DNA of 64,000 nt, from the sequence record NC_061444.1; one strand, 5' to 3'. Positions 27,151 through 35,671 of this stretch are shown here, one piece after another; the first letter of the stretch is position 1, and the number at the start of each line of letters is the position of its first letter. A model generated the notes under the pieces. It made no database searches. It saw only the letters and a program-made list of their open reading frames with translations, and was not told where the DNA came from. The translations under genes were made by a program, and so were the position numbers.

Positions 27151-27202
27151 CAAGTCTTTGGACGAATACGCCATTGAGTTTCGAAACTCAATGGCGTACT
27201 AT
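27151..27202 (+). promoter_or_regulatory. Early promoter family, copy 2
   Basis: TGGACG box 32 bp upstream of TACTAT; TTGAGT -35 lies inside the palindrome. Confidence 0.55.
27167..27198. repeat. Perfect 32-bp palindrome
   Basis: TACGCCATTGAGTTTCGAAACTCAATGGCGTA equals its own reverse complement. Confidence 0.9.
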
Positions 27203-27249
27203 GTAATCCCTAGCGCAATGACGCGCTCAACAACGAAAGAGGCAATATC

Positions 27250-27495
27250 ATGTCAGAGAAACAAATCACACTCGACCTTATCGCAGACGTAGCATCACCA
27301 ACTGAGGTCGTGTTTGAAGACGGCGAGACTTCTACTCAATGGCTCGCACCGTACGATCTGCGCCTGACTGTTTCGCAGACTGTAGGCCCGAACGGCGACC
27401 CTGAAGTAAACATTATCGGTCACGAAGATGACCTGCGCCGCTTCTTAGCAGAAAAACTGCCTGACCTTGACAGTAAACTCGAAGACGTTCGTTAA
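27250..27495 (+). CDS. Small acidic protein
   Basis: 81-aa ORF, GAGG RBS. Confidence 0.7.
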   Translation: MSEKQITLDLIADVASPTEVVFEDGETSTQWLAPYDLRLTVSQTVGPNGDPEVNIIGHEDDLRRFLAEKLPDLDSKLEDVR

Positions 27496-27558
27496 TCGCT
27501 TAACCTGACTGTGGAGTTACGGCGCCACATAATATCAAATCAAATGAGAGACACGACT

Positions 27559-28137
27559 ATGACCATCGCTGCATTTATCAAAACAAACGACACTGTACTG
27601 GCGACTGGCGAGATTCTGATTAAGCGCCCTCACTTCGAAGCGTTATGTGAGTGTGAGATCGCTGTGCTATATACTACAGGTAAAGAGCAAGACAGCGCTA
27701 AAGCCTACGCACTGACTGACCTCATGCTGCATAGTGTAGACAAAGAGCACGTCAAAATCATGTTCGCTGAGAAGACGCCTATCGACGCGTCACTCATTCG
27801 TGAATATCAGTACGATGAAAAAGAAGGCATGGCGATTGAAGTCGAGCAGCCTAAACTGCTGACCAACCTGCCTCGCTTCAACATCGTGTCTGACCTTAGC
27901 GTTGCTGATCGTGTGCGACTGCCTTACGAAGCTCGTATGTGTATCGCGCAGTATGTGTGCGGTCAGTTCAACACTGCGACATTCAAACGTCGCATGACGC
28001 GCATGAACTTCAAGGTTGTGTCTCTGATTACACGAGGCCGCCGCGATGAATCGAAGCCGTACGCAATCTTCCGCCATCGCCTGAGTCAACTTGCTACTAT
28101 CTCTGACGGCAAGAACTCTATGCAGGTCTATCTGTAA
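27559..28137 (+). CDS. Hypothetical protein, paralog of 26526..27146
   Basis: Shares the leader GAGAGACACGACTATGAC and protein similarity. Confidence 0.8.
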   Translation: MTIAAFIKTNDTVLATGEILIKRPHFEALCECEIAVLYTTGKEQDSAKAYALTDLMLHSVDKEHVKIMFAEKTPIDASLIREYQYDEKEGMAIEVEQPKLLTNLPRFNIVSDLSVADRVRLPYEARMCIAQYVCGQFNTATFKRRMTRMNFKVVSLITRGRRDESKPYAIFRHRLSQLATISDGKNSMQVYL

Positions 28138-28140
28138 ACA
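28131..28140 (+). promoter_or_regulatory. TCTGTAAACA motif variant
   Basis: 43 nt upstream of ATG 28184. Confidence 0.4.
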
Positions 28141-28183
28141 ATCATAGCCCACACATCGTGGGCTTTTCTATTTGGAGAATGTT

Positions 28184-28444
28184 ATGATTCACTATACCCG
28201 TGAAGAACTCGAAGAAATGGACGTGACCGAACTCGACGCAATCGCTAACAGCCGCAACCTGCTCGATGACTTCGATGAAGAAGACGATCAAGACGAGCAC
28301 ATGCTGGTGGGTCTGATTCTCGACGACCAGAACGAGCAACGTATGGCAGAAGAAGACGCTGCTGACAAACAACGCGCCGAAGATGATCGTGACCCACGTA
28401 TCAATCGTCGTGAAGACCAAGACGGGTCTGACGACTACTGCTAA
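28184..28444 (+). CDS. Small acidic protein with HEH/Rho-N-like motif
   Basis: YTREELEEMDVTELDAIANSRNL. Confidence 0.7.
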   Translation: MIHYTREELEEMDVTELDAIANSRNLLDDFDEEDDQDEHMLVGLILDDQNEQRMAEEDAADKQRAEDDRDPRINRREDQDGSDDYC

Positions 28445-28457
28445 TAACTCTAAACTC

Positions 28458-28486
28458 AAGGGCTGCCATTGCTGGTGGCCCTTTTT
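28458..28486 (+). terminator. Intrinsic terminator
   Basis: AAGGGCTGCCA-TTGC-TGGTGGCCCTT-TTT. Confidence 0.7.
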
Positions 28487-28490
28487 CATT

Positions 28491-28500
28491 TCTGTAAATA
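28491..28500 (+). promoter_or_regulatory. TCTGTAAATA motif
   Basis: Exact copy right after a terminator, 32 nt before ATG 28533. Confidence 0.55.
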
Positions 28501-28532
28501 TCACGCACACAAACAACAATGCGAGATATACA

Positions 28533-28901
28533 ATGCGCCGTTTCGTTATCGTCTTCAACGTCACTCAGGCAGAGCTTGATGACCGTCGCTTCTTTCAATC
28601 TAAACTCAATATCGTTTCGTCACTGCGCCGCGCTCGCTGTGTCTTTCTCGTCGTTCGTGAAACAAAGCAGGTGCTGTGCGTTTCAGAACTGACCTATCAA
28701 CCAAGTGTAGAGCCAGGCATTCGTCAGGTAGACTTCGATGCACCGCGTGACGTGACCGCGTATGTGCTGCCATTCACCGAACTCACTACGGCTATGGTCA
28801 ACAACTCACAAGACCCAAGCATTCGCTACTTCGGTCGCCAGCTTGAAATGGATGCAGACCAACTCAAGCGCTTCCACACTCAACTGGAGATTGTCGCATG
28901 A
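28533..28901 (+). CDS. Hypothetical protein
   Basis: 122 aa from the ATG after GAGA. Confidence 0.65.
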   Translation: MRRFVIVFNVTQAELDDRRFFQSKLNIVSSLRRARCVFLVVRETKQVLCVSELTYQPSVEPGIRQVDFDAPRDVTAYVLPFTELTTAMVNNSQDPSIRYFGRQLEMDADQLKRFHTQLEIVA

Positions 28902-29143
28902 CTAAACCAACACTAGGCGCTTCTCTTGGTGCTCGCTTCGCTGTCACTTCGAAAGAGAATATCGAGGCGCGTAAGAAACCAAACCCACGTCGTAGTACAT
29001 TGAGCGCAGCAACGACCAAAGAACTGCATAACGCCGTGAACATGCTGGCGATCAAACTCAAGACCACACGCTCTGGTGCTATTGAACGCGCAGTGGCGGA
29101 GCTGTGTGACAAGCATGGCATTGACTACGGGACGCTAGAATGA
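28898..29143 (+). CDS. Ribbon-helix-helix (CopG/MetJ-like) DNA-binding protein
   Basis: STLSAATTKELHNAVNMLAIKLKTTRSGAIERAVAEL fits the RHH strand-helix-helix pattern. Confidence 0.55.
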   Translation: MTKPTLGASLGARFAVTSKENIEARKKPNPRRSTLSAATTKELHNAVNMLAIKLKTTRSGAIERAVAELCDKHGIDYGTLE

Positions 29144-29502
29144 CCGACACGCATATCTATTGTCGCCTGTATGGTGTGCAGCATCGCTTAAAGATCACCG
29201 CATTCAACTTCATGAAGCAGCCTAACATGATCACTGTCGATTCTTCTGACGTGCTCAAGATGATGCCGCTGATTAATGTTGGTGCTGCATACGACACGTA
29301 CACGCCGTACAACGTACTCAAAGCAGGACGCGCTGACTTCAAGATCCGCCTGATGGAAAAGACAGACGCGCATATCTGGCGCTACGTATTCGAAGACTAT
29401 CGCGGCCAGATGTTCGAAACGTATTTAGTTCGGAGACACTATGAAACGCCTCGGGATTGTAACGGTGTTGTCATTAAAGGACAAACAACCAAAGTCATGT
29501 GA
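29140..29502 (+). CDS. Hypothetical protein
   Basis: 120-aa ORF, ATGA coupling. Confidence 0.65.
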   Translation: MTDTHIYCRLYGVQHRLKITAFNFMKQPNMITVDSSDVLKMMPLINVGAAYDTYTPYNVLKAGRADFKIRLMEKTDAHIWRYVFEDYRGQMFETYLVRRHYETPRDCNGVVIKGQTTKVM

Positions 29503-30076
29503 CTTAGATATCACGCCTGTGTCGAAAGACGAAGAATGGGGCTCGCTGAGTCCCTTTCATTTAGGGCCGTGTCGCACACCTGATGGAACGATGTTCCTCA
29601 ACATGGAAAACCTCTGGCAGTACAGCAAGGTCTATGAAGAACATCTCGTCAATTCGAATAACCTGTTCCACGGTGAGATATCTGCCGACTGGTGGAAGTG
29701 GCACTTAAAAGGTAGCACAACAAAACAGGCGCATCGCTATCCTATGGGTAAAGGCCAAAAGGCTTTGTTCTCCAGATGGGGCGACTTGCGCCTTTCGTAC
29801 ATTCCCGCACGAAAACAAATCTATGTGCCGGAGTACACAAAGCTGGTGGTGCAGCAACCTAAGTTCAAGCGCCTGTTGAAAGAGTATAAGAAAGGTGCTC
29901 ACATAGTTTTACGCGACTATGACACCTACGACATTCAGAAAGCCTATCCTGAATCGCGTAATCCTTGGCTTTCCGCCATTCAAAACGACAATGCAAAATT
30001 CGGACACGCGTTCGTTATTGCATTGGCCCTGTTATTTCACGAACGACCACTATGGTACAATCAATGGGTAATCTAA
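29441..30076 (+). CDS. NADAR-like (DUF6939-type) protein
   Basis: LSPFHLG...MENLWQYSKVY...ARKQIYVPEY...VLRDYD...GHA; family call from remembered motifs. Confidence 0.5.
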   Translation: MKRLGIVTVLSLKDKQPKSCDLDITPVSKDEEWGSLSPFHLGPCRTPDGTMFLNMENLWQYSKVYEEHLVNSNNLFHGEISADWWKWHLKGSTTKQAHRYPMGKGQKALFSRWGDLRLSYIPARKQIYVPEYTKLVVQQPKFKRLLKEYKKGAHIVLRDYDTYDIQKAYPESRNPWLSAIQNDNAKFGHAFVIALALLFHERPLWYNQWVI

Positions 30077-30381
30077 AGTATCTGGCCTGTATCGAACTGA
30101 GCACAAGGGAAGGTAATCTGAATCTACCTATCTTACCTAAATGTGATATGCAGGCGTTTCTGCTTGATAGCCGCACTAAAACGAAAGTGCCTATCAAGCT
30201 CAATGCCACAAACGTGGTCAAAGTCTGCGGCAAGACGTGTGGCAGCCTACAGTGGTTCGACTGTATTAATCTGCTTATATGGTCTTCTTTCGAACCAGAG
30301 CGTTTCACGCTGTATATTGAGCGCGTACTCAAAACAGACGAGACTACAGAAGCCCTGCAATCTGCTGAACTCTGCAAATAA
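30064..30381 (+). CDS. Hypothetical protein
   Basis: Part of ORF 29965..30381; start uncertain. Confidence 0.5.
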   Translation: MGNLKYLACIELSTREGNLNLPILPKCDMQAFLLDSRTKTKVPIKLNATNVVKVCGKTCGSLQWFDCINLLIWSSFEPERFTLYIERVLKTDETTEALQSAELCK

Positions 30382-30427
30382 CTGGCTAAAATAGCCGTTT
30401 CATTCAGAGACTGACCTATGTTATAAT
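30376..30427 (+). promoter_or_regulatory. Early promoter family, copy 3
   Basis: AAATAACTGGCTAAAAT; 33 bp to TATAAT; extended -10 TG. Confidence 0.75.
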
Positions 30428-30456
30428 AAACGTGAGCGCAGTGCTCATTACAACAC

Positions 30457-30470
30457 AAGCTGAGGAGCTT
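30457..30470 (+). promoter_or_regulatory. GAGG-loop RBS hairpin
   Basis: AAGCT-GAGG-AGCTT, ATG 30474. Confidence 0.65.
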
Positions 30471-30473
30471 ATT

Positions 30474-30905
30474 ATGACTATTTCAATCGCTGATCTGAAA
30501 ACGCCTGCTGATTTTACTGCTGCCCTGACAGTTTCCCATATACAGGATTTGCGTGACCGTCTGATTGCTGCATTAGGCCGTGAAGATATTGAAGTGTTCG
30601 TGGATGCGGATGACGGCGGCGACGTGCCGAGTGACCCGACTGAAAATGTTAGCAGCCGCCTGATTCATCTGCGTATCGGGTACAAGGGCCGCGACCCTGA
30701 CGAACCGACCGACAAGGGTGTGTGGGATATTCTTGTTGCACTCCCGCATGAAGATAACTGCTGGGACACATGGACAAACTCATACGTCTTGCAGATAACG
30801 GATATCGATCAGGATGTTCTCGAAGAAGTTAGTGTGGAAAATGGCAACCCACGCATGTACGAAACATTCGCAGAACGTATTCAGTTCTGGTTGCCTAAAC
30901 TGTAA
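30474..30905 (+). CDS. Acidic hypothetical protein
   Basis: 143 aa; start set by RBS. Confidence 0.75.
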   Translation: MTISIADLKTPADFTAALTVSHIQDLRDRLIAALGREDIEVFVDADDGGDVPSDPTENVSSRLIHLRIGYKGRDPDEPTDKGVWDILVALPHEDNCWDTWTNSYVLQITDIDQDVLEEVSVENGNPRMYETFAERIQFWLPKL

Positions 30906-30955
30906 GTGATTTGTGTAGAGCATTCGCTGAGTGCTCTATGAAAATCCAAACAACC

Positions 30956-30971
30956 TAAGCTGAGGAGCTTA
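30956..30971 (+). promoter_or_regulatory. GAGG-loop RBS hairpin
   Basis: TAAGCT-GAGG-AGCTTA, ATG 30974. Confidence 0.65.
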
Positions 30972-30973
30972 AC

Positions 30974-31291
30974 ATGTCATCATCTACTACTCTGACTTTC
31001 ATCTTCCCAGAACTGACCTCTCTGGAAGTTTCTATCGGCAACGGCGTTGTCCCACACTATCTGGGAATTGCCGAGAACATGGACAAGACGTTTAGCGATG
31101 TTAAGGCGCTGCGTCTGATGCAAGACTCGAACGTAGTTGGCGTTATGAGCCGCTTCGATCAGTCTCTGCTTAATATGCTGATTGCTCGACACGAAACGCA
31201 TGAGCATATCCGCTGTCGTGATGCCGTTGAGCACGGCACCGAGTATTTCGCATCTACCTGTCTCTACCTGAAGGTAGCGCATCACCGCTAA
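30974..31291 (+). CDS. Hypothetical protein
   Basis: 105-aa ORF. Confidence 0.75.
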   Translation: MSSSTTLTFIFPELTSLEVSIGNGVVPHYLGIAENMDKTFSDVKALRLMQDSNVVGVMSRFDQSLLNMLIARHETHEHIRCRDAVEHGTEYFASTCLYLKVAHHR

Positions 31292-31336
31292 GATTTGTGA
31301 AGGGCCTTCGACGAGGGTCCTTTGAAAATCAAACCA

Positions 31337-31352
31337 TGTTCTGAGGAGAACA
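31337..31352 (+). promoter_or_regulatory. GAGG-loop RBS hairpin
   Basis: TGTTCT-GAGG-AGAACA, ATG 31356. Confidence 0.65.
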
Positions 31353-31355
31353 ACA

Positions 31356-31709
31356 ATGCCAGCAACTGAATTGCCTATCGACGCCCGCGCTTTTGATGAC
31401 CTGAGCAATAGCAACTTCCTGCAGGTGTGCAACGCGATCTCTTTCTGTGTGTCTCGTGGTGACCTTGAGTTTCGTCATCATATCAAAGGCCGTCACATTG
31501 ACGTTGCGTATCGCGCTGGTGGCCACAACGTTTTCGGTATCAGCACCGTTCGCATTCTGATGCCGTCCGAAGTTCTGCGTGAAGATATCGTAGAAGACTT
31601 CGAAATCATTCACGGCGATGCAGTGATTCAGATTGAACGCCAGAAAGATTCATTCTCAACCCTGCAACGTATCGCTGGTGCAGTAGAAGCGTGTATGCCT
31701 AAACGGTGA
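31356..31709 (+). CDS. Hypothetical protein
   Basis: 117-aa ORF. Confidence 0.75.
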   Translation: MPATELPIDARAFDDLSNSNFLQVCNAISFCVSRGDLEFRHHIKGRHIDVAYRAGGHNVFGISTVRILMPSEVLREDIVEDFEIIHGDAVIQIERQKDSFSTLQRIAGAVEACMPKR

Positions 31710-31755
31710 TTGTTGCTCGCAGGTTCTTACGAGAGCCTGCTGTCAACATAACCCA

Positions 31756-31771
31756 TAAGCTGAGGAGCTTA
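31756..31771 (+). promoter_or_regulatory. GAGG-loop RBS hairpin
   Basis: TAAGCT-GAGG-AGCTTA, ATG 31774. Confidence 0.65.
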
Positions 31772-31773
31772 AC

Positions 31774-32178
31774 ATGAAACAATATCCACAACGTGGCCAA
31801 GTGTACACGCTGAAAGAAATCGAGAATGAACTCGAACTGCGTGACAGCCCGTTCTTAGGCTTCACCCCGCAGAAAGTTCGTTACGTTGCACTCTCCGCGA
31901 CCGAACAAGTGATTCAGCAGTCGCATATTGCTAACCTCTCAGATCTTGAGGGTTGGGCCGATACTGAGTGGACGTATCTGTATGAGACAGACGAGTGGAT
32001 TCCAATCTTCCGTGCTGTCGATAACGCAGCAATCGAAGCGCTGTGTGTCATTGAACCTGACACGTATGAACATCGTTCTGATACAACAATGTTCGTCTAC
32101 CCTAAAGGCACTGAGTGCAAACAGTACGTGCCTTTCGATGAAGCAGTTCACGGCGATCTGCTTGAACGCGACGAATAA
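31774..32178 (+). CDS. Hypothetical protein
   Basis: 134-aa ORF. Confidence 0.75.
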   Translation: MKQYPQRGQVYTLKEIENELELRDSPFLGFTPQKVRYVALSATEQVIQQSHIANLSDLEGWADTEWTYLYETDEWIPIFRAVDNAAIEALCVIEPDTYEHRSDTTMFVYPKGTECKQYVPFDEAVHGDLLERDE

Positions 32179-32185
32179 CAAACAA

Positions 32186-32214
32186 GGGATGCTCACAATC
32201 GTGGGTGTCCCATT
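32186..32214 (+). terminator. Stem-loop / terminator
   Basis: GGGATGCTCAC-AATC-GTGGGTGTCCC. Confidence 0.5.
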
Positions 32215-32234
32215 CTACATTTAAGGGGAAAATC

Positions 32235-32774
32235 ATGTTAGACCAAATCACTCACATTATCCAAGCGATGATGACCAATCTGAAAGACGTTCGTGCTGTT
32301 GAAGAAGTTCGAATCATCGGTACCACGGCGGTGCGTTTCCGCGCAAAAGGCAAAACGTTTGACGTGCGTGGTCATTACCCGCTTTTCTGTGTTAATGAAA
32401 TCGAAGGCTCTTGCATGACTGGTTCGAAAGCAGCCTACGAGATTGAGCGTCAGATGAATGGCGGTCCTATTGACTCGCAAGACGAAGAAGACTTCGCGCA
32501 TGACTCACACGAAGAAGCAGTCAACGACCTGTTGTGTGCGCATGTCGATAGCATGAGCGAGGAACATGTTCGTGCGTACAACGAAGAATGCGGTGGGCCT
32601 GACTTAGACCCTATCAATGCGCAACGTGTCTGGTTGAAAACACACTTGATACACCGCAGCGCAGAACTGTCCCGCATGTTTGAAGAAGTGTTGTTCATGG
32701 AAGGTAAAGAGCGTTACGAAGAACTGCGTAAAGCAATCAAAGCTGTTTACGACAATAAACCGAAAGTAGCCTAA
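32235..32774 (+). CDS. Hypothetical protein
   Basis: ORF; AAGGGG RBS. Confidence 0.7.
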   Translation: MLDQITHIIQAMMTNLKDVRAVEEVRIIGTTAVRFRAKGKTFDVRGHYPLFCVNEIEGSCMTGSKAAYEIERQMNGGPIDSQDEEDFAHDSHEEAVNDLLCAHVDSMSEEHVRAYNEECGGPDLDPINAQRVWLKTHLIHRSAELSRMFEEVLFMEGKERYEELRKAIKAVYDNKPKVA

Positions 32775-32786
32775 GAGGAAATAGTA

Positions 32787-33227
32787 ATGAGCGAAATAGA
32801 TATTCTGATCCGTGAGTTCGAACGGGCGTATCTCAAGTCACTTGCGTCTGCCTGGGGTAACGTTGCGTATCATGTCCAAGACCATCACCCTGAGTTGAAA
32901 AACATTCGCATGTACTTGCGTTTTCGCACCCAGTATCAATGTCTCTGGAATCGACCTGTTCTTGTTCTCGCAACAATTGATGTTACTAATCCTGGCCAAG
33001 GCGAGTTCTCGAAGTTACTCGCTCGTACTAAAGAAATGTGTCGGCAGCGTGACTGGATTCTCCAAATTGAAAACGTGCTGACACCTAAGTTCAGAAAGTT
33101 TCTACAGCGTGGTGGATTCAAACCATTTGGTATTGATGCCGAAGTGCCGTACGGAAGTCTCTATTGGTTCCACGACGAAACAATCCCAACGCAGTGTGCC
33201 ATGTACAGACAGGAGCGTTCGCTATGA
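32787..33227 (+). CDS. GNAT-fold acetyltransferase-like protein
   Basis: LATIDV..PGQGEFSKLL...ILQIENV...RKFLQRGGF resembles GNAT motifs A/B. Confidence 0.5.
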   Translation: MSEIDILIREFERAYLKSLASAWGNVAYHVQDHHPELKNIRMYLRFRTQYQCLWNRPVLVLATIDVTNPGQGEFSKLLARTKEMCRQRDWILQIENVLTPKFRKFLQRGGFKPFGIDAEVPYGSLYWFHDETIPTQCAMYRQERSL

Positions 33228-33667
33228 CAATCTACTGGCCGACAATACTGATCTGTCTGACGCCGTTGCTTGCGTGTTATGCGACAATCCCGTGGTTCCG
33301 AGCAGCGGTAGACAGACGCCTGATGTTCAAGCCGTTTGACTATGACGCACTGACCGACATATACGCTAATGGTATGCCGGAGCGTATGCGCATCGAATGT
33401 CTACACGCAAAGTACACTGCGTTTCAGGAGAATCATTCGCATGTGGATATCTTCCCCCACAAAGAAAACGTAGCAACGCTTCGCTTTCGTGTCGATGAAG
33501 AATTTCCTATTGCTCGTATCTTTCATGATGTGCTGGTTGGTAACTACAACGCGTTCGGGCTCAAAACAAAGAAAGCGCCTACGATAAGTATCAACCAGTC
33601 AGTGTATCGTGTGCTTGATTTTGAATACGACGATCAGTACCTGTTCATTTATGTGAAACATCACTGA
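33224..33667 (+). CDS. Hypothetical protein with N-terminal hydrophobic helix
   Basis: 147 aa; AGGAG RBS. Confidence 0.65.
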   Translation: MTIYWPTILICLTPLLACYATIPWFRAAVDRRLMFKPFDYDALTDIYANGMPERMRIECLHAKYTAFQENHSHVDIFPHKENVATLRFRVDEEFPIARIFHDVLVGNYNAFGLKTKKAPTISINQSVYRVLDFEYDDQYLFIYVKHH

Positions 33668-33676
33668 GGCAACATC

Positions 33677-33976
33677 ATGGTCACCCAACAACAACTCAAA
33701 GAGTTTTCTGCATTGCCCTCTTTAGACAGGAAAGTGTTTCTGCGTAGTATGCAAGTAGAGATGTTGGGTGCCCTCCCCGAAGTCGAGGCGATTGTGCGTG
33801 AGATGTTGTATCGCGCTATCGTGGTAGACGTAGCACAGGCGGAGATGGCACTCCTTGCAGCACGTCAAATGTGTGAGAACAGGGACGTAAAGAAAGCCAT
33901 TGACGATTTACTTATGTTTGCGGCCAAGATACATGACGCCGCAACTGATATCCTTTTTCTTGGAGATATAGCATGA
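33677..33976 (+). CDS. Hypothetical protein
   Basis: 99-aa ORF. Confidence 0.7.
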   Translation: MVTQQQLKEFSALPSLDRKVFLRSMQVEMLGALPEVEAIVREMLYRAIVVDVAQAEMALLAARQMCENRDVKKAIDDLLMFAAKIHDAATDILFLGDIA

Positions 33977-35025
33977 ACACAATTTCTGGATCAGTGATTG
34001 ACGAAGATGTTCTGGATTGGCTCGATAACTTTAGTTCGCATGACCAGCGTAAGATTGCTGATGCGATCAATGCGATTGCGTATTCCCACCGCGCAGAGCT
34101 ATCTATTCCGAACATGCTGCATGACGAAGACATTGCTGCACTGTCTCACTCTGACCTGTTCACTATTCTTTCGCTTGCTGCACCTAATGCGCAGTATGAC
34201 TTAACGCTGTCCAACGTTCAACTGCTCGGCCTTGCGATGAACGCAATGGGTGTCATCAACTACAACATGCCTGAACTGAATAGCCCGATTATGATCGCTC
34301 GCAAGTTCGCAGACGAGCGCCGTAAAAACATACTTGGTGGTGATAGCGGTCGTGGTGATGTGATCAAAGCACTCAATCAGTGGGTTTGCGGTCTGCGTGA
34401 TATTGATTTGTCCCATGCAGGTTCTGATACCGCGCCTGACATTGCCGGTATGTATTTGTGTCTCGACGAGCATGAGCAGATTCGTTATGGCCGTCTGTTC
34501 CCTAACAGTAGCGAAGGCTGGACATTCTGTGAATCAAACGAAGACGGTGAATCTACTAACTGGTATGATCGCAACACCGAGCACGTCAAAGAAGATGATC
34601 TGCCTATGACGTTGCTTAGTAACTGGGTGCTGGTGGCTGAGTGGTATAGCCCGAACGTTAAAGCTGCCCAGAAAGCAATTCCGCTAGGTTGTGTGAGTGA
34701 CACGCATCGCATCTTTATGTTCCTGCGTAGTCTTAGCCCTCACGTAAAAGCGGAGCTGGTGGCACACTTCGATGGTGTGCTTGACTACAAAGCACCGACC
34801 TGTGTTGATACTATCGGTCGCTTGACTGAGCACGACTGGCGTATGGCTGCTATCGCTGTTGCAGACGACGCAGAGATTCCTGCAGGTGAGACAAGCTGGT
34901 CTAATGTACCTGCGTGGTTGTGCTTCGTTGCCGTTGCTAAATCACTTGGTTTCAACTTCGAAACGCGCCAGTTCGACCCGCAGTTCGAGTATCAAGCTAA
35001 CGACGATCATTTAGAAGGGGAGTAA
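33973..35025 (+). CDS. Hypothetical protein
   Basis: 350-aa ORF, ATGA coupling. Confidence 0.75.
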   Translation: MNTISGSVIDEDVLDWLDNFSSHDQRKIADAINAIAYSHRAELSIPNMLHDEDIAALSHSDLFTILSLAAPNAQYDLTLSNVQLLGLAMNAMGVINYNMPELNSPIMIARKFADERRKNILGGDSGRGDVIKALNQWVCGLRDIDLSHAGSDTAPDIAGMYLCLDEHEQIRYGRLFPNSSEGWTFCESNEDGESTNWYDRNTEHVKEDDLPMTLLSNWVLVAEWYSPNVKAAQKAIPLGCVSDTHRIFMFLRSLSPHVKAELVAHFDGVLDYKAPTCVDTIGRLTEHDWRMAAIAVADDAEIPAGETSWSNVPAWLCFVAVAKSLGFNFETRQFDPQFEYQANDDHLEGE

Positions 35026-35026
35026 C

Positions 35027-35569
35027 ATGGCAAAGTCACTAGGCGTATACATGACGTATATTCTGCGTCATAAGCCTCAGGACATTGGCATCGCAATGGA
35101 CACCCAAGGCTGGGTGTCTGTTCTGGATTTCTTGCAGAAAGCGAAGTACAAAAAGCAAGTGACCAGAGAGATGCTGATCGCAGAAGTAGAAGCGGACGAT
35201 AAAGGTCGTTTTGAGTTTAACTCGAACAAGTCCAAGATTCGTTGTGTTCAAGGTCATTCTGTCGAACACGTCATTCTCAATCTTGCCCCGTGGACTGATT
35301 GTTTGCCTTTGTATCACGGCACCGCTGAAAAGAATATTGCTTCAATCAAGCACGAAGGAATCCTGAAACGCAAACGCAAGCATGTCCATATCAGTAACGA
35401 TATCGAAACAGCAAAGCGTGTTGGTCAACGTCACGGTGTCCCTGTTGTGTTTGAGATCGACACACAGACAATGATTACTCACGGGTACAAGTTCTACAGA
35501 GCAGAGAATGGAGTCATCTTAACTGACCACGTACCTTCTCGCTATATCAGGCTTATGGACGCTAACTAA
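35027..35569 (+). CDS. kptA: RNA 2'-phosphotransferase (Tpt1/KptA family)
   Basis: YILRH.P..IG...D.QGWV, IRC.QGHS, LYHGT, RKHVHIS, NGVILT. Confidence 0.9.
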   Translation: MAKSLGVYMTYILRHKPQDIGIAMDTQGWVSVLDFLQKAKYKKQVTREMLIAEVEADDKGRFEFNSNKSKIRCVQGHSVEHVILNLAPWTDCLPLYHGTAEKNIASIKHEGILKRKRKHVHISNDIETAKRVGQRHGVPVVFEIDTQTMITHGYKFYRAENGVILTDHVPSRYIRLMDAN

Positions 35570-35570
35570 G

Positions 35571-35622
35571 CACAATTCTGGACGAAACAGCCATTCAAGA
35601 CTGGCTCGATTTATGCTATAAT
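35571..35622 (+). promoter_or_regulatory. Early promoter family, copy 4
   Basis: CTGGACGAAA; 32 bp to TATAAT; AGCCA/TGGCT inverted repeat. Confidence 0.7.
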
Positions 35623-35671
35623 AGAGATGAACGCTAGACACTCGTTTAGCTACTTACATGAGGATATGTAT

